DNA of 64,000 nucleotides from Escherichia coli (GTDB lineage Bacteria; Pseudomonadota; Gammaproteobacteria; Enterobacterales; Enterobacteriaceae): NCBI RefSeq assembly GCF_050920415.1, contig NZ_CP169309.1; one strand, 5' to 3'. Shown piece by piece: positions 56,101 to 64,000 of this stretch (position 1 is its first letter; each line of letters starts with the position of its first letter). The notes under the pieces were generated by a model. It saw only the letters and a program-made list of their open reading frames with translations, ran no database searches and was not told where the DNA came from. The position numbers and the translations under genes were made by a program.

Positions 56101-57393
56101 CGCATAATAATTGTCTTTGCCTGGACGGTAAGCCGGGAGCGTTACTTGCCACTGACTACCCTGACCGGTAATTTTGCCACCTTCAGCCAGTAATGACGGC
56201 GCTTCCCACTGCACATTTTTCAGTCCGTGAGTTGCTTTGCTGACCACAAGCCCCAGGGAAACCGTCTGACCGCCCTTGCCTTCAATACGCTCAGGCAGAG
56301 CAATACGGATCACTTCAGATTTGCGGTACTCAAGAACGATGTTGTTATTACGCTCAACCAGGTCATAGCGGCTGCCTGCCAGCATTCGACGCTCGCGAAT
56401 GCTGTCTGTATCGAGTTGTTTTTGCAGAGGTTCGCCAATTCGGTAGTTAACTTCCAGGCCAAAGCGAGTGTCATTCTCACCACTCTTGCCCTGCTTATGC
56501 CCGGCGCTCAGTGTCAGAAGAGGCACTGGTGTATAGGTTACCTCGGCAGAAATAGCATGCGGGTCTTTCTGGCGTTTATCTTTACCAAACAGCCCGACTT
56601 CATCGCCATAATACTGCTCATACATCAGGCTTGCGCCAAGCTGCGGCCAGGCAGGTAAATAGCCCTCAGCACGAATATCCCAGCCATTCGCCGGGCGTTC
56701 CTGATAATCCTCAACATCCGGCGATTTTTTCCAGCCAGAAGCCCGGATATAACCATTGGCGCTCAGTTTCAAATAATCACGCCAGTATTCCGCACCAACA
56801 CCAATGCGGGTATGACTACGGGATAAATCATGATCGATAAAAGTATTCACCCCCGCCATCCAGTCATTTCCTGAAAAATGACGCCAGCCAAAACCAATAT
56901 TTGACTGAGTACGATCGTCGGTACGATGTATTGCCCCCTGAGTGAACAACATATTTGTCGGCGTGTCATAAATCGGATAAAGCATTTCCAGCGAAGAATC
57001 CTTCAGCGAGAAATCTTTATCGACATTCAGTTTGACGCGCGCTGTACCATATTTCCCGAGCCACTCCTGTATTTCCTGGTTAGCTTTAGCGGTGGCCATT
57101 CCGGTAATAAAGTTACGTGTCGCATCGCTATCTGGCTGACTGCTTAAAAATGTCCCGGCATTTGCGGCAAACGACGCGACATTTTTCTCCACATTATTAT
57201 CAGCAGCTACCGTGGTATTTTCCATGCTCAACCGTGGCTGAACCGCATGCTGCGCGCGTGCTGCCATTACTGGGGTAAAGGTGACAGCGAGTGGGAAAAG
57301 AACCTGAACAGAGATATTTGCCCACGCCACGCAGCGGGCCAGAACTGAATAACGAAATCGTGGTTGTTTATGACCTGTTTTATAACGTGACAT
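53140..57393 (-). CDS. fdeC: Intimin/invasin-family adhesin FdeC (EaeH), intact, 1417 aa
   Basis: N-terminal intimin-type outer-membrane barrel region followed by many Big (bacterial Ig-like) repeats; length matches FdeC. Confidence 0.85.
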   Translation of the reverse strand: MSRYKTGHKQPRFRYSVLARCVAWANISVQVLFPLAVTFTPVMAARAQHAVQPRLSMENTTVAADNNVEKNVASFAANAGTFLSSQPDSDATRNFITGMATAKANQEIQEWLGKYGTARVKLNVDKDFSLKDSSLEMLYPIYDTPTNMLFTQGAIHRTDDRTQSNIGFGWRHFSGNDWMAGVNTFIDHDLSRSHTRIGVGAEYWRDYLKLSANGYIRASGWKKSPDVEDYQERPANGWDIRAEGYLPAWPQLGASLMYEQYYGDEVGLFGKDKRQKDPHAISAEVTYTPVPLLTLSAGHKQGKSGENDTRFGLEVNYRIGEPLQKQLDTDSIRERRMLAGSRYDLVERNNNIVLEYRKSEVIRIALPERIEGKGGQTVSLGLVVSKATHGLKNVQWEAPSLLAEGGKITGQGSQWQVTLPAYRPGKDNYYAISAVAYDNKGNASKRVQTEVVISGAGMSADRTALTLDGQSSIQMLANGNEQKPLVLSLRDAEGQPVTGMKDQIKTELTFKPAGNIVTRTLKATKSQAKPTLGEFTETEAGVYQSVFTTGTQSGEVTITVSVDDMSKTVTAELRATMMDVANSTLSANEPSGDVVADGQQAYTLTLTAVDSEGNPVTGEASRLRLVPQDTNGVTVGAISEIKPGVYSATVSSTRAGNVVVRAFSEQYQLGTLQQTLKFVAGPLDAAHSSITLNPDKPVVGGTVTAIWTAKDANDNPVTGLNPDAPSLSGAAAAGSTASGWTNNGDGTWTAQITLGSTAGELEVMPKLNGQDAAANAAKVTVVADALSSGQSTVSVAADRVKAGESTTVTLIAKDAHGNAISGLSLSASLTGTASEGATVSSWTEKGDGSYVATLTTGGKTGELRVMPLFNGQPAATEAAQLTVIAGEMSSANSTLVADNKAPVVKTTTELTFTVKDAYGNPVTGLKPDAPVFSGAASTGSERPSAGSWTEQSNGVYVATLTLGSAAGQLSVMPRVNGQNAVAQPLMLNVAGDASRAVISDMAVKVNNQLANGQSANQVTLTVVDSYGNPLQGQEVTLTLPQGVTSKTGNTVTTNAAGKADIELISTVAGELEIAAAVKNSQKTVTVKFNADASTGQANLQVDTAAQKVANGKDAFTLTATVEDKNGNPVPGTLVTFNLPRGVKPLTGDNVWVKANDEGKAELQVVSVTAGTYEITASAGNNQPSDAKSITFVADKTTATISSIEVIGNRAVADGKAKQTYKVTVTDANNNLLKDSEVTLTASPASLNLEPNGTATTNEQGQAIFTATTTVAAKYTLTAQVSQDNGQVSTKTAESSFVADDKNAVLTATSDMESLVADGESTATLKVTLMSANNPVGGNMWVDIQTPEGVTEKDYQFLPSKNDHFVSGKITRTFSTSKPGVYTFTFNALTYGGYEMKPVTVTITAVDANTATGEEAMK

Positions 57394-58506
57394 TGAGATA
57401 ATTTCCTGATGAACGAATTAACGAACATAGGCAGACACAAATAATGGCGTCTGCTTGTCAGAAAAACCGGGATTTCCCGGTTTCCTTTTCCGCAGAAAAG
57501 GAAATACCTTTATGTAAGAAAGTACACCGCCACCTAATATATCCAGTGCCTGTAGCCACTCATCAGGTGGTTGGGCGCGGGATTATATTTTTATTTATGG
57601 GTGAGAATTTAGCTTTTTGTGCAAACCATTAAATAGATACCTAAGTTATCTTTCTTACTCTGCGGATAGTGAATAATTCATTATTCAGAGTGAATAATAA
57701 TGACCTGCTTTTAATTTACCACGATTGGAAATACGTCGAAGTAGGTATATACGCCAGGATAAACCAATGTATTTTTTATGGATATTCATTTTTCTTCATC
57801 GGACTGTAAATTCCGGGGATATCGAACTTGCACGACTAATCTCAACCCTCAAACAGATTTATGAATTTTGTTCATAACCCCTGACAAATCCTGCCGTCTA
57901 ATCGAGCTTTTCCCTTTACGTTATGCTTCTCATGAACGATAACACAACTTGTTCCTGAATTAACCATTCCGGATAAACTATGGGATCAAATTCAGGCATC
58001 GAAAGGAACTGGCTGGTTTCCGTTAATGGATTAAATATCTATTACTCTCCCGAGAGTAAAACTATCAAACCAATGAGTAACCGATACAGCCTCGCAAATT
58101 CTTTCAGATAATTAACCCGTCACTGCGGCACGTTCTCTCATAAGGCGTGCCTGCTGTGTAATCCAGTATGTATCCGGCATACTTGACGGTTTAATAGAAC
58201 TCAATTCCTTTCCCAGGTTACCAACAACGATATCTTGTATAACATCCCAGGAGATACGACATTATGATGAGATGAGGTATGCTCCTCAGCGCCAATCAAC
58301 GCCAGGGCTGGGCCAGTTTTGAGATCAGACTCATTCCCGGACTGACTTCAGGCGACATATATCAATGACGTTGGGGCAATAAAAGATAGCCGATGTAATA
58401 CATCTATTCAAATTTGTGATACATGTCAAAAAATTGGTTGACCAAACTCGTTATTTATATAAGGGCACTTACGAAGTGCACTCTTTTTTAAAGCGAGGAA
58501 GTACCA

Positions 58507-58608
58507 ATGAAAGAGAATAAAGTACAGCAAATCAGTCATAAACTGATTAATATCGTTGTTTTTGTCGCAATTGTAGAATACGCCTATTTATTTCTCCATT
58601 TCTATTAA
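58507..58608 (+). CDS. ykgR: 33-codon small hydrophobic protein (YkgR-like)
   Basis: ATG preceded by GAGGAAG Shine-Dalgarno; encodes MKENKVQQISHKLINIVVFVAIVEYAYLFLHFY with a C-terminal transmembrane-like segment. Identity with K-12 YkgR is from memory. Confidence 0.5.
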   Translation: MKENKVQQISHKLINIVVFVAIVEYAYLFLHFY

Positions 58609-58945
58609 TAACGGCAATAAACTGTTCACTTCAGTGATATTTAAAATATGCATCCTCTCCCTTTTTTTTAAGTAATTATTATATCCGTGGGAGAGGAATA
58701 CACGCTGTCAGGTAATCAATCAAACTGCGATAAATCATCGGCCAGTAAAGTGGAGATAGCCTCCATTCTCGAAAAATTCATACTCTCAGCGAAACCATCA
58801 TCAATCACTCATCCAGGCGTTTATGGGAGCGTCGCCAATGGCTGCTAACAATGCCAGACTTCCCCGTTGCCGAAATTCCACATACCACAAATGGTCACAG
58901 GGATTGGGTGTTGAAATGATCCGGATGAGCATGTATCTTTACGGT

Positions 58946-58962
58946 TATGTTATAACATAACA
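58946..58962. promoter_or_regulatory. Zur box upstream of ykgM (rpmE2)
   Basis: TATGTTATAACATAACA containing the perfect 12-bp palindrome ATGTTATAACAT, about 15 bp upstream of the rpmE2 start; ykgM-ykgO is a known Zur-repressed operon. Confidence 0.7.
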
Positions 58963-58972
58963 GGTAAAAATG

Positions 58973-59236
58973 ATGAAACCCAATATCCATCCTGAGTATC
59001 GTACTGTGGTGTTCCATGACACCAGTGTTGATGAGTACTTTAAAATCGGCTCGACTATCAAAACAGACCGTGAGATTGAGCTGGATGGCGTAACGTATCC
59101 GTACGTGACAATTGATGTCTCTTCGAAATCGCACCCGTTCTATACAGGGAAGCTGAGAACAGTGGCATCAGAAGGAAATGTTACACGATTCACCCAACGT
59201 TTTGGTCGTTTTGTTAGCACGAAAAAGGGGGCGTGA
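58973..59236 (+). CDS. rpmE2: Ribosomal protein L31 paralog type B (zinc-independent), 87 aa
   Basis: [32 protein letters not shown]…; lacks the CxxC zinc motif. Confidence 0.9.
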   Translation: MKPNIHPEYRTVVFHDTSVDEYFKIGSTIKTDREIELDGVTYPYVTIDVSSKSHPFYTGKLRTVASEGNVTRFTQRFGRFVSTKKGA

Positions 59237-59376
59237 TGAAAGTCCTTAACTCTCTGCGTACCGCAAAAGAACGCCATCCAGACTGTCAGATTGTGAAGCG
59301 AAAAGGACGGCTGTATGTGATTTGTAAATCTAATCCACGTTTTAAGGCCGTTCAGGGGCGTAAGAAAAAGCGTTGA
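59236..59376 (+). CDS. rpmJ2: Ribosomal protein L36 paralog, 46 aa
   Basis: [46 protein letters not shown]; start overlaps the rpmE2 stop (TGATG). Below the ORF-track size cutoff, found by reading the sequence. Confidence 0.85.
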   Translation: MKVLNSLRTAKERHPDCQIVKRKGRLYVICKSNPRFKAVQGRKKKR

Positions 59377-59404
59377 TTCATAATTCGCCGAATTAACGAT
59401 ATTT

Positions 59405-59465
59405 GTCTGATTAATAATCAGACCGGATTAATGTTGGTGTGTTTATAACACCAACATTAATTTCC
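59405..59465 (+). terminator. Tandem hairpins downstream of rpmJ2 (probable operon terminator)
   Basis: GTCTGATTA-a-TAATCAGAC palindrome, then AATGTTGGTGT-gtttata-ACACCAACATT followed by AATTTCC (weak T-run). Confidence 0.45.
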
Positions 59466-60392
59466 TGGGGATATATTCTTCCTGTTCATTTGAGGTCAAC
59501 TGCCTGACGTTTCTCTCCGAATATTCCATTATCTTAATGTTGACTTGTTGACCAACTTCGCCCCTGTATGCTGGTATCAACTCTCTTTTAGACTGAACAA
59601 GCCACTCCGCCCCCTCCCTTTGCGGAGCAGCCTGCATTTACACTCAAACTGTTAAGAAGATAAATGTGGTAAATCTGTTGGTACTAACATAAAAACGTTT
59701 ACGCCACAGGAACAGCCTGATCCACCGGTAACCCCATCGCCGACGTTCGAGTGCCAGTTAGAGTAACGCGCACAGATGACTGCACGCAGTGCCCTGTCAA
59801 AGAGGCCATCGTTCCTGTGACAGCTGGCAGCCTTCGTTTAACTTCACTTAATTTGGCTCTTGGGGGGCTTACCGAACAGATGACGTAGTCACACCTATTC
59901 AATTTATCACCACTTATTGGAGTAAACACCCATAACCATTTTGTGCGGCATGTTAATCCATTAAAACACCTTATTGATTGTCAAATCTTCTTTAATGATG
60001 GCCAATAATAGTTTTATGTTCTATTTATTATCATTAAAAATTGTTTTTTTACTAGTCGAGCACAAAACGCATTAAGACTATTCCTAACACCTCAGGGCAA
60101 AGTTCCTGGCTAATATAAAATGCAAGTAAGAATTGAACGTTATATTGCCAATAACCTTATGAAACTGAATGTCTTTTTCTTCTTATCAAAAAAGCAATAT
60201 TTTCATTTTTAGTAAATATTGACTTAACCATGGAATTCCTTTTCTGTTCACATATTGACACTCATCAGGAAAAAAACATAAATTTAAGCCCAATCGAAAA
60301 TAATTAAAACTTAATCTCGTTTAACCTATATTGATATGTGCTACGTATCTTATTTACTTCCGATTTACTAACAACACTGAATGTACCTGTAA

Positions 60393-61004
<612 letters not shown>

Positions 61005-61078
61005 ACTCCAGGCAAGTTAGTTTTAAAAAATGACTCACAGGGACATCATGTCCTCAATTTAACTCGGGAAGAAAAGCA

Positions 61079-61666
61079 ATGAAAAAAAAGGTTCTGGCAA
61101 TAGCTCTGGTAACGGTGTTTACCGGCATGGGTGTGGCGCAGGCTGCTGACGTAACAGCTCAGGCTGTAGCGACCTGGTCGGCAACAGCCAAAAAAGACAC
61201 CACCAGTAAACTGGTTGTGACGCCACTCGGTAGCCTGGCGTTCCAGTATGCCGAAGGCATTAAAGGCTTTAACTCACAGAAAGGTCTATTTGACGTGGCT
61301 ATTGAGGGTGACTCAACGGCTACCGCCTTTAAACTGACCTCACGTCTTATCACCAACACCTTAACCCAGTTGGATACCTCAGGTTCCACACTGAATGTGG
61401 GCGTGGATTATAACGGCGCGGCAGTCGAAAAAACTGGCGATACCGTGATGATCGATACCGCCAACGGCGTACTGGGCGGCAACCTTAGCCCGCTGGCTAA
61501 CGATTACAATGCCAGCAATCGTACCACCGCACAGGATGGTTTCACCTTCTCCATCATCAGCGGTACCACCAATGGTACCACCGCAGTAACCGATTACAGC
61601 ACTCTACCGGAAGGCATCTGGAGCGGCGACGTTAGCGTACAGTTCGACGCGACCTGGACCAGTTGA
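61079..61666 (+). CDS. ecpA: E. coli common pilus major subunit EcpA (MatB), 195 aa
   Basis: Signal peptide [22 protein letters not shown] followed by the pilin domain; matches remembered EcpA. Confidence 0.9.
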   Translation: MKKKVLAIALVTVFTGMGVAQAADVTAQAVATWSATAKKDTTSKLVVTPLGSLAFQYAEGIKGFNSQKGLFDVAIEGDSTATAFKLTSRLITNTLTQLDTSGSTLNVGVDYNGAAVEKTGDTVMIDTANGVLGGNLSPLANDYNASNRTTAQDGFTFSIISGTTNGTTAVTDYSTLPEGIWSGDVSVQFDATWTS

Positions 61667-61681
61667 TCTCTTTGATGTACC

Positions 61682-61708
61682 AGCAGGGGTAACCCCCTGC
61701 TTTATTCC
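61682..61708 (+). terminator. Intrinsic terminator/attenuator between ecpA and ecpB
   Basis: AGCAGGGG-taac-CCCCTGCT stem followed by TTATTCC; sits 16 bp after the ecpA stop. Confidence 0.55.
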
Positions 61709-61722
61709 TGGACGGAATTGTT

Positions 61723-62391
61723 ATGAAAAAGCACCTTCTGCCTCTCGCTCTGCTGTTTGCCGGAATATCTCCGGCCCAGGCGCTGGATGTCGGCGATATA
61801 TCATCGTTTATGAACAGTGACAGCAGCACGCTGAGCAAAACAATCAAAAACAGTACCGACAGTGGTCGCCTCATCAATATCCGTCTCGAACGGCTCTCTT
61901 CACCGCTTGACGACGGGCAGGTTATCGCAATGGACAAGCCGGATGAGTTGCTACTCACTCCCGCCAGCTTGCTGCTACCCGCCCAAGCCAGCGAAGTGAT
62001 CCGCTTCTTCTATAAGGGACCAGTAGATGAAAAAGAGCGCTACTACCGCATTGTCTGGTTTGATCAGGCCCTCAGTGATGCGCAGCGCGATAATGCCAAC
62101 CGCAGCGCTGTAGCCACTGCTTCCGCCCGCATCGGCACCATTCTGGTCGTCGCCCCCCGCCAGGCGAACTACCGCTTTCAGTACGCCAACGGCTCCCTGA
62201 CAAATACAGGAAATGCGACGCTGCGGATCCTCGCCTACGGCCCCTGCCTGAAAGCCGCCAATGGTAAGGAGTGTAAAGAGAACTACTACCTGATGCCGGG
62301 CAAGTCGCGTCGTTTTACCCGCGTGGACACGGCGGATAACAAAGGACGGGTTGCACTTTGGCAGGGTGATAAGTTCATTCCCGTGAAATAG
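61723..62391 (+). CDS. ecpB: Pilus chaperone EcpB, 222 aa
   Basis: Signal peptide [20 protein letters not shown]; conserved ecp operon position. Confidence 0.85.
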   Translation: MKKHLLPLALLFAGISPAQALDVGDISSFMNSDSSTLSKTIKNSTDSGRLINIRLERLSSPLDDGQVIAMDKPDELLLTPASLLLPAQASEVIRFFYKGPVDEKERYYRIVWFDQALSDAQRDNANRSAVATASARIGTILVVAPRQANYRFQYANGSLTNTGNATLRILAYGPCLKAANGKECKENYYLMPGKSRRFTRVDTADNKGRVALWQGDKFIPVK

Positions 62392-62416
62392 ATAGCTGTG
62401 CAGATGGATAACGACA

Positions 62417-64000
62417 ATGCCTTTACGACGGTTCTCCCCAGGACTGAAAGCCCAGTTTGCCTTCGGCATGGTCTTTTTGTTCGTTCAACCCGATGCCAGC
62501 GCTGCTGACATAAGCGCGCAGCAAATAGGTGGGGTGATTATTCCGCAGGCCTTCAGTCAGGCGCTTCAGGACGGCATGAGCGTCCCGCTCTATATTCATC
62601 TTGCCGGTAGCCAGGGTCGCCAGGACGATCAGCGAATCGGCAGCGCTTTTATCTGGTTGGATGATGGACAGTTACGCATCCGGAAAATACAGCTGGAAGA
62701 GAGTGAAGATAACGCCAGTGTCAGCGAACAAACTCGACAGCAGCTGATGGATCTGGCGAACACCCCGTTCAATGAGGCCCTTACCATCCCCCTGACTGAC
62801 AACGCGCAGTTGGATCTCAGCTTGCGCCAACTGCTGCTGCAGCTGGTGGTCAAGCGCGAAGCACTGGGCACCGTACTACGCTCACGTAGCGAAGACATCG
62901 GGCAATCCAGTGTTAACACCCTCAGCAGTAACCTGAGCTATAACTTCGGCATCTATAACAACCAGTTGCGTAACGGCGGGAACAATACATCCAGCTATCT
63001 GTCGCTAAATAACGTGACAGCACTGCGCGAACATCATGTGGTACTCGACGGCTCGCTGTATGGGATCGGTAGCGGTCAACAGGACAGTGAATTATATAAA
63101 GCGATGTATGAACGCGATTTTGCTGGTCACCGATTTGCCGGTGGAATGCTCGACACCTGGAACTTGCAGTCCTTAGGGCCGATGACCGCCATTTCAGCAG
63201 GGAAGATTTACGGCCTTTCCTGGGGAAACCAGGCCAGCTCCACCATCTTCGACAGCAGCCAGTCGGCCACGCCAGTGATCGCCTTTTTACCTGCAGCGGG
63301 CGAAGTACATCTCACCCGTGATGGGCGGTTACTGAGTGTTCAGAACTTCACCATGGGCAATCATGAAGTGGATACCCGAGGTCTACCGTACGGTATTTAC
63401 GATGTGGAAGTTGAGGTCATCGTTAACGGTCGCGTGATCAGCAAACGCACCCAGCGGGTCAATAAGCTGTTTAGCCGGGGGCGCGGTGTCGGTGCGCCGC
63501 TGGCGTGGCAGATATGGGGCGGCAGCTTTCATATGGATCGCTGGTCGGAAAACGGGAAAAAGACGCGACCAGCTAAAGAGAGTTGGCTAGCAGGAGCCTC
63601 GACCTCCGGCTCACTGAGTACGCTTAGTTGGGCGGCAACGGGATATGGGTACGATAATCAGGCAGTGGGTGAAACCCGTCTGACGCTGCCGCTTGGGGGA
63701 GCAATCAACGTTAACCTGCAAAACATGCTGGCCAGTGACAGCTCATGGAGCAATATCGGCAACATCAGCGCCACACTACCGGGAGGCTTTAGTTCACTGT
63801 GGGTTAATCAGGAAAAAACCCGCATTGGCAATCAATTGCGACGTAGCGATGCCGACAACCGTGCAATCGGCGGCACACTCAACCTGAACTCACTGTGGTC
63901 GAAGCTGGGCACATTCAGCATCAGCTACAATGATGACCGCCGTTACAACAGCCATTATTACACGGCAGATTACTATCAAAATGTCTACAGCGGTACCTTT
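62417..64000 (+). CDS. ecpC: Pilus usher EcpC, 5' portion (528 codons; continues beyond the window end)
   Basis: Open frame from ATG at 62417 to the window edge ([29 protein letters not shown]…); absent from the ORF track because no stop lies in the window. Confidence 0.8.
   Translation, partial: MPLRRFSPGLKAQFAFGMVFLFVQPDASAADISAQQIGGVIIPQAFSQALQDGMSVPLYIHLAGSQGRQDDQRIGSAFIWLDDGQLRIRKIQLEESEDNASVSEQTRQQLMDLANTPFNEALTIPLTDNAQLDLSLRQLLLQLVVKREALGTVLRSRSEDIGQSSVNTLSSNLSYNFGIYNNQLRNGGNNTSSYLSLNNVTALREHHVVLDGSLYGIGSGQQDSELYKAMYERDFAGHRFAGGMLDTWNLQSLGPMTAISAGKIYGLSWGNQASSTIFDSSQSATPVIAFLPAAGEVHLTRDGRLLSVQNFTMGNHEVDTRGLPYGIYDVEVEVIVNGRVISKRTQRVNKLFSRGRGVGAPLAWQIWGGSFHMDRWSENGKKTRPAKESWLAGASTSGSLSTLSWAATGYGYDNQAVGETRLTLPLGGAINVNLQNMLASDSSWSNIGNISATLPGGFSSLWVNQEKTRIGNQLRRSDADNRAIGGTLNLNSLWSKLGTFSISYNDDRRYNSHYYTADYYQNVYSGTF

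Noticed and set aside
59699-59929. 76-aa minus-strand ORF between rpmJ2 and ecpR (position of K-12 ykgL)
   Set aside because: No recognisable features and I do not remember the YkgL sequence well enough to assign it; left unannotated.

Overview
This window is an Escherichia coli chromosomal segment colinear with the K-12 cyn–cod–prp–yah–bet–ykg–ecp region, read in reverse orientation relative to the K-12 map (cynT at the start, ecpC running off the end). Gene identities are from my own reading of the six-frame translations against remembered E. coli proteins; no database search was run. Against my recollection of K-12, the strain differs at several points: (1) a four-gene CUT2-type sugar ABC transporter plus an ASCH-domain ORF between yahK and yahJ; (2) an IS2 copy (1331 bp, 5-bp target duplication ATTAG) inserted into the 5' end of pdeL/yahA; (3) an EhaA-like AIDA-type autotransporter between pdeL and betT; (4) intact fdeC/eaeH, ykgA and an aldo-keto reductase where K-12 has IS3-disrupted remnants; (5) no ykgH-sized ORF between ykgG and betA. 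No tRNA, rRNA, CRISPR array or prophage was seen. The best candidate for an undescribed system is the yahD–yahJ cluster, a cryptic carbamate-kinase-linked module (FdrA-like YahF, DUF1116 YahG, YahE, carbamate kinase YahI, Tat-signal amidohydrolase YahJ), here sitting directly beside the strain-specific ABC transporter. Other points of interest are several unusual palindromes in intergenic spacers and a 33-codon membrane mini-ORF upstream of the Zur-regulated ykgM–ykgO pair.
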